From Dehalococcoidia bacterium (GTDB lineage: Bacteria; Chloroflexota; Dehalococcoidia; Bin125), in the NCBI GenBank assembly GCA_963555985.3, contig OY820591.1, positions 1,568,001 through 1,632,000 of the forward strand: a stretch of 64,000 nucleotides of DNA. Direction: 5' to 3'. The position numbers were made by a program, and so were the translations under genes. The notes beneath the pieces were generated by a model. The model was given only the letters and a program-made list of their open reading frames with translations, did no database searches and was not told the origin of the DNA. Positions 39,216-47,329 of the stretch are shown here, piece by piece; positions within the stretch are counted from its first letter, which is position 1, and each line of letters begins with the position of its first letter.

Positions 39216-39499
39216 GCCTGTCCGATTCCTTCCTCTACGGCTGCCAGGAGCGTGTAGATGTCGCCGCCGTTTCGGGTGAAGCGGCGGAGCGTGGTCGCAA
39301 TCTTGTGGCAAGGCCGGCAGAGCGCGGTGATGTGGTCGGCGCTGACGTTGCACTCGCAGGCGTCGGGTAGGTAGACGGCGAGCCAGTGGTGGCCTTCCTC
39401 AGCGGGGCGCTGTCCGCAGAACTGACAGACGCCGTTGGAGCGCTCGCGAGCGTCCTCTTTCGCCTTGCGGGTGTTGGGTCCGTCGGTGTTGTTGCACAT
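38981..39499 (-). CDS. HNH-like zinc-binding endonuclease; reading frame runs on into the downstream gene
   Basis: CQFC...GHH...HITALCRPCH pattern in the first ~95 aa; the tail overlaps 38616..39215 in another frame. Confidence 0.65.
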   Translation of the reverse strand: MCNNTDGPNTRKAKEDARERSNGVCQFCGQRPAEEGHHWLAVYLPDACECNVSADHITALCRPCHKIATTLRRFTRNGGDIYTLLAAVEEGIGQAWSTTSTSEASARSSCTTARPDSTPAALLISRRRKSPARRDPTGPPATKNDSASSSAKSLFGSTRAERRQSRERRSDL

Positions 39500-39572
39500 C
39501 GGTGGTTCTTTCGACCTTATGAGCGATGTTAGCTGGGATTGGTCGTGGAGACAAGGGTGGACTCTTTGAATT

Positions 39573-39702
39573 CCCTCTCCCCCTGCGAGGGGAGACACAG
39601 AGGGGGGCGATCATCGCGTCGAGCAGATAGGTGACTCAGTGCGCAGCGCGGCGTTCTCACCCCCTCTGTCACTTCGTGACATCTCCCCCTTGAGGGGGAG
39701 AT
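39573..39702. repeat. ~130-bp palindromic repeat, copy A
   Basis: CTCCCCC-n-GGGGAG hairpins at both ends, a CAGAGGGGG/CCCCCTCTG stem and a GTCAC-TTC-GTGAC hairpin. Confidence 0.88.
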
Positions 39703-39717
39703 CGGGACGGCTCGGTT

Positions 39718-39847
39718 CCCTCTCCCCCCGCAGGGGGGAGATACAGAGGGGGGCGATCGTGGCGTCGAGCAGACAGGTGATTCGGTGAGTTGCGCGACGT
39801 CTCACCCCCTCTGTCACTTTGTGACATCTCCCCCTCGAGGGGGAGAT
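39718..39847. repeat. ~130-bp palindromic repeat, copy B
   Basis: Direct repeat of copy A with substitutions. Confidence 0.88.
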
Positions 39848-40221
39848 TGGCTTTGCTCATGTTGTAGCTGGTTGAGGGTGTTGAGGATGGTGTCCAGCAC
39901 CGCGTCGGTCTCTGTGAGGGCTGTGTGGTTGTCGAAGCGCAGGACTTTGAAGCCTTGGGAGCGCAGATAGGCATCTCGACGCTGGTCGTAGGATTTGCGC
40001 TTGGCGTGCTGATCGCCGTCGAGTTCGACGACGAGGCGCGGGCTCAGGCAAGCGAAGTCGGCGATGTATGGGCCGATTGGGCGCTGACGGCGAAATCGGT
40101 AGCCTGCGAGTTGGCTTTGGCGGAGGCGCGACCAGAGCCGCTGCTCAGCGTCGGTGGCGTCCGTTCGCAACCTTCGGGCGAAGTGAGTGGTCTTGGGATG
40201 CTGTCGGAGTCTTTTGCTCAA
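39814..40221 (-). CDS. DUF559 / Vsr-like (PD-(D/E)xK) endonuclease domain protein
   Basis: Motifs ARRLRTDATDAEQRLWSRLR, FRRQRPIGPYIADFAC, LVVELDGDQH and RDAYLRSQGFKVLRFDN; TTG start after AAGGA. Confidence 0.9.
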   Translation of the reverse strand: MSKRLRQHPKTTHFARRLRTDATDAEQRLWSRLRQSQLAGYRFRRQRPIGPYIADFACLSPRLVVELDGDQHAKRKSYDQRRDAYLRSQGFKVLRFDNHTALTETDAVLDTILNTLNQLQHEQSQSPPRGGDVTK

Positions 40222-40239
40222 CTGTGTCGTCCTTGTTTG

Positions 40240-40367
40240 CTCTCCCCCCGCAGGGGGGAGATACAGAGGGGGGCGATCGTCGCGCTGAGCAGATAGGTGA
40301 CTCAGTGCGCGGCGCGGGGTTTCACCCCCTCTGTCACTTCGTGACATCTCCCCCTCAAGGGGGGGAT
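40240..40367. repeat. ~130-bp palindromic repeat, copy C
   Basis: Direct repeat of A and B on the other side of the DUF559 gene. Confidence 0.88.
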
Positions 40368-41518
40368 CAGGCCCCCACCGCAACCTTCACGTTCGCCGGC
40401 AACCTCGACGTGAACACCTCCACTGCCTCCCTGACCATCTCCTCCAACACTTCCGCCGCCGGACGCAGCTCGTGCAGCAATCCTGAGATCTGGCCCGCCG
40501 CGTTCATCAACAGGTCTTCCCGCTCGCCTTGCTTGGCAGCCTCTGCGATATCCGCAATGAGCAAACCTTGGAGACCCATCGGCAATGCTTGCGTGCCGGA
40601 GCCTTCCCATGCTTCGATGAGTTCGTTGGTGATGTTGCGCATGGTCTTGCCGGAGTACAGCCGCGTCACCCGCGTGTCTTCGTCGTTGGCGGCGAGGATG
40701 CGGCGCTTGCGGAACTCGTCGAGATTGGCCTCTTGGGTGGGGATGAAGACGGTGCCGCACCAGACGCCCACACAGCCCATCGCCAACGCAGCCGCTAATC
40801 CCCGACCGTCGCCGATGCCTCCGGCGGCGATCACCGGCTTGGGGCTGACCGCATCGAGCACCTGCGGGAGCAGGGCCATCGTGCCGATCCGGCCGGTGTG
40901 ACCGCCGGCCTCGTGACCCTGCGCGACCACGATGTCGGCGTTGCCGTCGGAGACGCGGCGGGCGTTCTTGACGTTGCCCACGAGTGAGATCACCTTGCCG
41001 CCCGCTTCGTGCACTTGATCGACGAACGGGGCAGGATTGCCCAAACCGGTCGCGAGTACGGGCACTCTCATGCCGGTGATCGTGTCCACCTGATCCTGGG
41101 GAGTGAAGCGGGGCACGCGCACATCGGCGCGCGGCGCCTGGACATCGGGCAGTTCGAGGTTGACGCGAATCTCGCCGATCAAGTCCTTGTGCTCTTCGGG
41201 GAGTAAGTCGCGCGGGTCTTTGGGGCGCTGGCGTCCACTCGGGCGGCTGGCGACGTTGGAGGGCACGAGAATGTCGACACCGAAGGGTCGATCGGTGAGG
41301 TCCTGGATGCGCTTGATCTGCGCTTCGAGACGGTCGGGCGGGAATCCGGCAGCGCCGAGCACGCCGAGTCCGCCCGCGTTCGAGATCGCCGCGACCAGCT
41401 CGGGCCCGGCGACGCCGCCCTGTCCGCCGCCCACGGTCGGCCCCATCCCGGCCAGACAGATCGGGTACTCGATGTCAAGCAGGTCGCAGAGTTCGGTGTG
41501 GAGGACGGGGCGGGTCAT
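40367..41518 (-). CDS. Nitronate monooxygenase / FabK-like flavoenzyme
   Basis: Motifs AISNAGGLG, QGHEAGGH and VIAAGGIGDGRG. Confidence 0.9.
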   Translation of the reverse strand: MTRPVLHTELCDLLDIEYPICLAGMGPTVGGGQGGVAGPELVAAISNAGGLGVLGAAGFPPDRLEAQIKRIQDLTDRPFGVDILVPSNVASRPSGRQRPKDPRDLLPEEHKDLIGEIRVNLELPDVQAPRADVRVPRFTPQDQVDTITGMRVPVLATGLGNPAPFVDQVHEAGGKVISLVGNVKNARRVSDGNADIVVAQGHEAGGHTGRIGTMALLPQVLDAVSPKPVIAAGGIGDGRGLAAALAMGCVGVWCGTVFIPTQEANLDEFRKRRILAANDEDTRVTRLYSGKTMRNITNELIEAWEGSGTQALPMGLQGLLIADIAEAAKQGEREDLLMNAAGQISGLLHELRPAAEVLEEMVREAVEVFTSRLPANVKVAVGA

Positions 41519-41628
41519 GGTGGCTGCCAGTCGTTGCGTCGGGAGGGTGTTTGTCGCTGCATTGTTCCTGTGTCGGCGCACGCGGTCAATCGCGCAGGCT
41601 GCGGAGGAGGCGGGAGTAAGATGGGCGC

Positions 41629-41838
41629 ATGATGATCCGGGCTGCGCTGACTGCGGCGTTGGGGTTCGCGGCAACACTGGCGCTGCGAATCTGGGCGCGT
41701 CTGCGCAAGCCGCTCCTGATTGTGATTGGCGCAGTGATCCTGGTGATGTTGCTAATCGCGGTCTTGCAGTCGGGACTTGGCGTAGACAGTGAACAGACGA
41801 TCAAGGACAGTCAGCGCCCGGAGATCGTGGGCGATTGA
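41629..41838 (+). CDS. Small hypothetical membrane protein
   Basis: Hydrophobic segment; first ORF of a + strand run; start uncertain. Confidence 0.45.
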   Translation: MMIRAALTAALGFAATLALRIWARLRKPLLIVIGAVILVMLLIAVLQSGLGVDSEQTIKDSQRPEIVGD

Positions 41839-41860
41839 CGAGAGAGGAGCATGAGCCGCT

Positions 41861-42208
41861 ATGCCTCGACCGAGCGAGGGTCTGATTGACGAAGCGAGCG
41901 AGTGGATCGCCGAGCAGCTCTCGGAAGAGGGCCTGATGGTGACGTCCGGATTCGTCGATCTGGTGCTGCGGATGGAGTGGGACTCGATTGACGCCGGTGT
42001 GGACGGCGAGGATCGCACGGCGGTCGTCGCGGCGGTGATGGAGCGAATGCAGCAGGAGAACATCCTCGTTGGGCCGCCGCCGGACACGCTCTCGACCGAC
42101 GGGATCGATACCTCCCAGATCCGGCCGGTACCGCCGCAGTTCGTGGAGCAGGTGTTGTCCTGGGAGGACGAATTCCTCGGTTTCGCCGGCATCTCGCGGA
42201 GCGGGTAG
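41861..42208 (+). CDS. Hypothetical protein
   Basis: GAGGAG RBS; acidic 115 aa; apparently operonic. Confidence 0.65.
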   Translation: MPRPSEGLIDEASEWIAEQLSEEGLMVTSGFVDLVLRMEWDSIDAGVDGEDRTAVVAAVMERMQQENILVGPPPDTLSTDGIDTSQIRPVPPQFVEQVLSWEDEFLGFAGISRSG

Positions 42209-42213
42209 AGATC

Positions 42214-42534
42214 ATGTTTGGGTCGCAGCACACGGTCACGGTCGAGCCGTCGGGTTTGGTGGTCGAGGTGCCGGAGGGTGAGCGTCTGATGCAGGCCGCC
42301 CGCGATGCGGGTTTGTGGTGGCCGAATCAGTGCGACATGCAGGCGCGCTGCGCGGGCTGTTTCGTGATCGTCCAGGAGGGAGCGGAACACTTCTCGGAGA
42401 TGGGCAGGGCGGAGCGTGAGGCGTTGCTCAATCAGCGCGGGCGGCGGGCGCTGGAGGAACCGGTCCGGCTGGCCTGTCAGGCAGGCGTCTACGGCGCGGC
42501 GATCGTGCGCAAGACCGGCGTTCGCGTCGCCTGA
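42214..42534 (+). CDS. 2Fe-2S ferredoxin
   Basis: C-x5-C-x2-C...RLACQ. Confidence 0.88.
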   Translation: MFGSQHTVTVEPSGLVVEVPEGERLMQAARDAGLWWPNQCDMQARCAGCFVIVQEGAEHFSEMGRAEREALLNQRGRRALEEPVRLACQAGVYGAAIVRKTGVRVA

Positions 42535-42551
42535 GCGGGAGTGCGCAAGCG

Positions 42552-43484
42552 ATGCGGGGCATCAGAGGAATCGATCTGTCGCGGCTAGAGGCGTTTGTGG
42601 AGGTCGCCGAAGTGCGCTCGTTCTCGCGTGCTGCGGAGCGAATGAGTCTGACCCAGCCAACCGTGTCGACCCGGATCGGTCAGTTGGAGGCGCAGCTCGG
42701 GGTTGCGCTGTTCGAGCGCATGGGGCGGCGAGTAGCGCTCACAGACGCCGGGCGTGCGCTCTTGCCGCACGCGCAGCGCACCTTGCAGGCGGCGCGAGAC
42801 GCGGCTGAGGCGGTACACGCGCTCCGCGCAGGCGAGGGCGGCAGTCTGGTGATTGGGGCTGCGCCGACGGTGGGGACGTATGTCTTGCCGGCGCTGTTGC
42901 AACGCTTCACGGCGGCGCAACCGAATGTGACTGTGACCGTGCGCACGGGGCACTCCGAGGAGATCTCGCGGATGGTGTTGGACGACGAGGTGCAGTTGGG
43001 CTTCGAGCGCGTGCTGAGCCACCCGGAGATCGCGGCCGCGCCGCTCTACGAAGATGACATCGTGCTGCTGGCGAATCGCAGTCATGCGCTCGCGTCTCGC
43101 GGCCGCGCGAGCGTGGAAGAGGTGGCGCAGGAGTCGATGATCTTTTTCGATACGGGCTCGTCGTTCCATGGCCAGATCGAGGGAATGTTCCGCGGCGCGG
43201 GGGTGACGCCGCGCCTCACGCTGGATGTGGAGAGTCTGGAGCTGGCCAAGCGTCTGGCGCTGCGCGGTCTGGGCCTGGCCTTCCTGCCCCGCGTCGCGGT
43301 CGAAGACGAGCTCACGCGCGGCCAACTGGCGACGATCGAGATCGAGTCGGCCCGCCCCATCCGCCGCAGCATCGGCGTGATCTACCGCCGCCAGCGGGCG
43401 CTGAGCGACGCTGCGCTCTCATTTCTGGCGCTGGTTGGTCACGTTTTTGGCGTCGCCGCGGTACCGGAGGTGCCGGTTCGCTAG
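42552..43484 (+). CDS. LysR family transcriptional regulator
   Basis: HTH SFSRAAERMSLTQPTVSTRIGQLE. Confidence 0.93.
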   Translation: MRGIRGIDLSRLEAFVEVAEVRSFSRAAERMSLTQPTVSTRIGQLEAQLGVALFERMGRRVALTDAGRALLPHAQRTLQAARDAAEAVHALRAGEGGSLVIGAAPTVGTYVLPALLQRFTAAQPNVTVTVRTGHSEEISRMVLDDEVQLGFERVLSHPEIAAAPLYEDDIVLLANRSHALASRGRASVEEVAQESMIFFDTGSSFHGQIEGMFRGAGVTPRLTLDVESLELAKRLALRGLGLAFLPRVAVEDELTRGQLATIEIESARPIRRSIGVIYRRQRALSDAALSFLALVGHVFGVAAVPEVPVR

Positions 43485-44401
43485 GGCAGCAGCCTTGCTC
43501 TGTTATGTCTGCTCCGGGATGTCTGCTCCGGGATCATCGGCAACTCCGACTCATCCCGCAAGGCTCTGAGCACATCCACATCGGCCTTGCCCGGACCTTT
43601 CGTCTCATAACCCGGCACCTCCAGCAGCCAGGCGGCCTTGCGCAAGGTGCGGTTTCGCACCATGCGCCGGAAGGCGGGGAGGCCGATAGTGCCCTGGCCG
43701 AGGTTCTCATGCCGATCACGGCCCGAGCTGAGCGGCGTCTTGGAGTCATTGGCATGAATCGCGCTGAGCAGGTCGGCGCCGATCTCGCGGTTGAATTCGT
43801 CGATCGTCTCTTTGAGTCCCTGGATCGTGGCCACGTTGTAACCCGCCGCGTGCAGGTGGCAGGTATCGAGGCAGACGCGGACGCGGGGATGATCGACGGC
43901 ATCGATGATCGCGGCCAGTTCAGCGAATGTGGAGCCAACTGAACGTCCCGCGCCGGCGTTGTTTTCGAGCAGGAGCAAGGACTCGTCGGGCGTGCGCTCC
44001 AGCGCTTCGCGCATCGCCGCCGCAATCCGTGGCAGGGCGTGATCAAAGCCCGAGCCCATGTGGGAACCGACGTGAAAGATCACACCGGCCGCTCCAATGC
44101 GGGCGGCGAGCTCGAGCTCGGCAGTGAGCGTATCGGTGGACTTGCGCAGCAGTTCGTCGTCGGGGCTGGCGAGATTGATCAAGTAGACAGCGTGGATAAA
44201 GGCGGGGCCACGCTTGGTCTCCCGCAGCTTCTGGCGGAAGGCCTGCACATCCTCGTCAGGGTGGTGCTTACGCCGCCACTGCTGCGGGGCGGCGCCGAAG
44301 AGTTGGAACGACTCAGCGCCGATCGCGACGGCGTTGTCAACCGCCTTGTCGATCCGTCCGGCGGAAGAGACGTGCGCTCCCACAGCGGGGTTTCGAGGCA
44401 T
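43481..44401 (-). CDS. nfo: Endonuclease IV
   Basis: Motifs GAHVS, HAVYLINLAS, ENNAG, CLDTCH, HANDSK and DRHENLG. Confidence 0.93.
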   Translation of the reverse strand: MPRNPAVGAHVSSAGRIDKAVDNAVAIGAESFQLFGAAPQQWRRKHHPDEDVQAFRQKLRETKRGPAFIHAVYLINLASPDDELLRKSTDTLTAELELAARIGAAGVIFHVGSHMGSGFDHALPRIAAAMREALERTPDESLLLLENNAGAGRSVGSTFAELAAIIDAVDHPRVRVCLDTCHLHAAGYNVATIQGLKETIDEFNREIGADLLSAIHANDSKTPLSSGRDRHENLGQGTIGLPAFRRMVRNRTLRKAAWLLEVPGYETKGPGKADVDVLRALRDESELPMIPEQTSRSRHNRARLLP

Positions 44402-44414
44402 ATGCAGGCTCCGG

Positions 44415-44726
44415 CTAGAGGCGCATGCGTCGCGCGGCCGCAGCGAGCAAGCGCCGAACGGGAGTGAGAATGGCTGCCGATTCGACTGCGCCGGTCAGTC
44501 GCTCGGGCGCAAGCTCAGGATCGGTCAGCCGGACGGTCGCCATCCCACTATCGAGACTGCATTCGGCTTCGGCAACGCCGTCAAGTAAACGCAGCGAGTC
44601 GCGTACCCGACGAGCGCAGATCGAGCAGACAAGACCATCAACGGCGAGCGTCGCCGTGGTCTCAGTGCGTCCGACCACACGCGCAGCGGGAACGGTGAAC
44701 AGGCGTCGCGGAATGAGTACTGACAT
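44415..44726 (-). CDS. Heavy-metal-associated (HMA) domain protein
   Basis: VDGLVCSICARRV...LDGV. Confidence 0.75.
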   Translation of the reverse strand: MSVLIPRRLFTVPAARVVGRTETTATLAVDGLVCSICARRVRDSLRLLDGVAEAECSLDSGMATVRLTDPELAPERLTGAVESAAILTPVRRLLAAAARRMRL

Positions 44727-45017
44727 GACACCAGCCTAAGTCCGTCGGGCAAACCACGATCGCTCTTCCCTCATTGCGGGGAGAGAGGGCACGAAGTGCT
44801 AGAGGAGGTCGGCAGAACCAGTCACCTCCAACCCGACTGTGAGCCTCGCCACACTCCGATCAACCTCAGTTCCGACACAGAACGCCTGTCCGTATAGGAT
44901 CGTCCGCATCTCACATTCCGCCTACAACCAACGGAGCCCGCCATGACCGCCAGAACCCGTCTGAAGGAACCAGGACAAACTCGGATGAGCGTCCCCAATT
45001 CCGCTCTAAACACCCCT

Positions 45018-45060
45018 CATCCAGAAGAATCTGGACAAATCTGGACTATCTCGGACTATC
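45018..45060 (+). repeat. 10-bp periodic repeat (atctggacaa-like), related to 54410..54456
   Basis: atccagaaga atctggacaa atctggacta tctcggact. Confidence 0.55.
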
Positions 45061-45181
45061 CCTCGCGTGTTTCCCAGCCCACGCCGACAAATTCACCCCG
45101 ACCGCTCGGAAATTCACCCGCCACTGCCAGGCCAACCGCTCACCGCCCCGGTTCGCACAGAGCTCCGTCGATCGAACAGGC

Positions 45182-46651
45182 CTACAGGCTGGCGCGCGAC
45201 TGCCATTCGAGCAGCCGGCTGACGGCGCGAGCGCAGGACTCGATGCTGTGGAAGCAGGCGATCCCGCGTTCATTCAGACGGGTCTGCAACGCAAGACCTC
45301 GCCCGAAGCCTTCGCCGGTTCGCGCCTGCCGGATCACGACTGCGAGCGGCTTCGGCAACTTCCCAACGACAGCTGCCAGGGAGTTAGCGGTGCGCTCCGC
45401 GAAATCGTCGTCGCGTTCCCGGCGGAACCCGCTTTCGACGCCCATGTGCAGCATGAGCCAGTCGATGTTGGGGTCGTCGGCAACAGCGGACAGCGCCGTC
45501 TCGACATGCTCGCCCTCGAACATGAAGCCCGCATCGAGCGGGTTGCGCACGGAAGTGCCTGCGATCGGGGTGAACTCGCTCAACTTGCGCTGGGTGTCCT
45601 GGCCGAACCAGGGCACGGGAATGCCGGCGCGATCGCAGATGTCGGCGGCGAGTACGGAGACGCCCCCTCCGCCTCCGAGAACGGCGCAGCGGGGACCGTG
45701 GAGGTTGGGCATTCGTTCGATCGTCACGGCGATATCGAGCAGTTCCTCAATGCTCTGCGCGGGAATGAAGCGTCCTTGGCGCTGGACTGCGTTCCAGATC
45801 TGCTCCGAACCCGCGAGCGAGCCAGTGTGCGAAGCGGCGGCTCGCGAGCCCGCCTCTGTGAGCCCGCCCTTGAGTACGACCAGGGGCTTGCGCTGCGGAC
45901 CGGGCCGGGCCATCTCGCGCGCGATCCGCAAGAAGCGGCGACCGTCGCGGATGCCTTCGAGATAGGCGAGGACGATCTCGGTGTCCGGATCCTGAGCGAG
46001 AAACTGGAGGAAGTCGGCTTCATTGAGGTCGGATGCATTGCCGAAGGAGGCCATATTGGAGAACAGGACGCCGCGGCGCACGCCTTCCGAGGCGACCTCG
46101 GAGGCGTTCATGCCCGATTGCGAGAGCATCCCTACGCGCCCGGGCATGGACGATGCCTCTGCCATCCAGCTCACACCGCCGCGAGTCGAATGAATGCCCA
46201 TGCAGTTGGGCCCGATCAAACGTATCCCGCCCGCGCGAAGCTTGGCCAACACCTGTTGCTCAAGCTCTGCCCGCTCGGCGCTGCCGGTCTCGCCAAAGCC
46301 GGCAGTGAAGAGATGGATCACCTTCACGCCTTTGACAACCGCATCGTCCACGAGACCGAGAATCGCCGAAGCCGGAACGGCGGAGATCACCGAGTCAACC
46401 GGTCCCGGGACGTCCAGGAGCGACTGATAGAGCGGCGTGCCGTCGGAGAGTTCCCCGCCCCTAGGGTTGAGGCAGTAGACGTTGGGCACGCGACCGAGCT
46501 TGCGGATGCCGCTGAGGAACATCTGCCCGCCGCCCCAGCCGGTGTTGCGCTGCGAGACGCCGGCGATGGCGATCGACTGGGGAGCGAATGCGGTTGCGAG
46601 CGCCCGCTGCGCGCCGGCTTCGCGCTCGGTTCCGGTTGCAATCAAGGTCAT
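45182..46651 (-). CDS. CoA-binding acyl-CoA synthetase (NDP-forming), alpha-type
   Basis: Motifs RLIGPNCMG, SQSG, GNASDL, ASHTGSLAG and NPLD. Confidence 0.9.
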   Translation of the reverse strand: MTLIATGTEREAGAQRALATAFAPQSIAIAGVSQRNTGWGGGQMFLSGIRKLGRVPNVYCLNPRGGELSDGTPLYQSLLDVPGPVDSVISAVPASAILGLVDDAVVKGVKVIHLFTAGFGETGSAERAELEQQVLAKLRAGGIRLIGPNCMGIHSTRGGVSWMAEASSMPGRVGMLSQSGMNASEVASEGVRRGVLFSNMASFGNASDLNEADFLQFLAQDPDTEIVLAYLEGIRDGRRFLRIAREMARPGPQRKPLVVLKGGLTEAGSRAAASHTGSLAGSEQIWNAVQRQGRFIPAQSIEELLDIAVTIERMPNLHGPRCAVLGGGGGVSVLAADICDRAGIPVPWFGQDTQRKLSEFTPIAGTSVRNPLDAGFMFEGEHVETALSAVADDPNIDWLMLHMGVESGFRRERDDDFAERTANSLAAVVGKLPKPLAVVIRQARTGEGFGRGLALQTRLNERGIACFHSIESCARAVSRLLEWQSRASL

Positions 46652-46699
46652 ATGCGAGCCTTCCCAATCGGCAGCGGTAGCGTATCAAGCGAGCCTCTG

Positions 46700-47329
46700 A
46701 TGACCGAAGTCACCGTCCCTTCCGAACTGGGTTCAATCGACGCCCTCTGGCATCCCCCGCCGCTCAGCGCCCGGCGTGGCGCAATCCTCTGCGTGGGCGG
46801 GTTCGACGGCGGCTTCGATGGTCCGGCGGAGAACATCTACACAGACCTAGCGGAGGTTCTGACGTTGCAGGGGATCGGCGTGCTGCGGCTGGACTTCCGC
46901 GTAAAGACGTCACCCGGCCCAATCGACGACGGTACCGCCGACGTGCTCGCAGGAATTGAGTGGTTAGCGGATCAGGGTCACAACCCAGTAGCGCTGCTTG
47001 GACACTCCTACGGCGGCGCGATCGTGATTCGCGCGGCAGCGCGATCCTCAGCAGTCGCCGGAGTCGCCGCGTTGGCGACGCAAACAGCCGGAATCGATCC
47101 GCCTGATCTGGATCGGATCGCGCCGCGCCCATTGCTGCTCATCCACGGCGCGGCAGATTGGCGACTAGCGGCGCGGCTCTCGCAGTGGGTCTACAGCATT
47201 GCCGGCGAGGGGCGCGAACTGCACATCCTCGAAGGCGCAACACACTCCCTGCGGCAGCGCCGAAGTGAGCTGTGGACTCTGTTGATCGACTGGCTGGAGC
47301 GGGTGTTGCCTCCTGCGACCGGCGGCTAG
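46700..47329 (+). CDS. Alpha/beta hydrolase
   Basis: Motifs GHSYGG, LLIHGAAD and GATH. Confidence 0.85.
   Translation: MTEVTVPSELGSIDALWHPPPLSARRGAILCVGGFDGGFDGPAENIYTDLAEVLTLQGIGVLRLDFRVKTSPGPIDDGTADVLAGIEWLADQGHNPVALLGHSYGGAIVIRAAARSSAVAGVAALATQTAGIDPPDLDRIAPRPLLLIHGAADWRLAARLSQWVYSIAGEGRELHILEGATHSLRQRRSELWTLLIDWLERVLPPATGG

Noticed and set aside
38349-39257. 302-aa + strand ORF spanning the array
   Set aside because: It is the antisense shadow of the RAMP-like gene plus repeat DNA, with no motifs or RBS; period-5 structure argues against coding.
39573-40367. The ~130-bp repeats as a CRISPR array
   Set aside because: The units are far too long and internally palindromic, there are no unique spacers of regular length, and a gene interrupts them.
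37720-40367. The accessory islet as a prophage or integrative element
   Set aside because: No integrase, structural genes, tRNA target or att-like direct repeats were seen.
45248-46699. Long N-terminal extension of the 693-aa + strand ORF
   Set aside because: Antisense to the acyl-CoA synthetase; only 46700..47329 looks like a real hydrolase.
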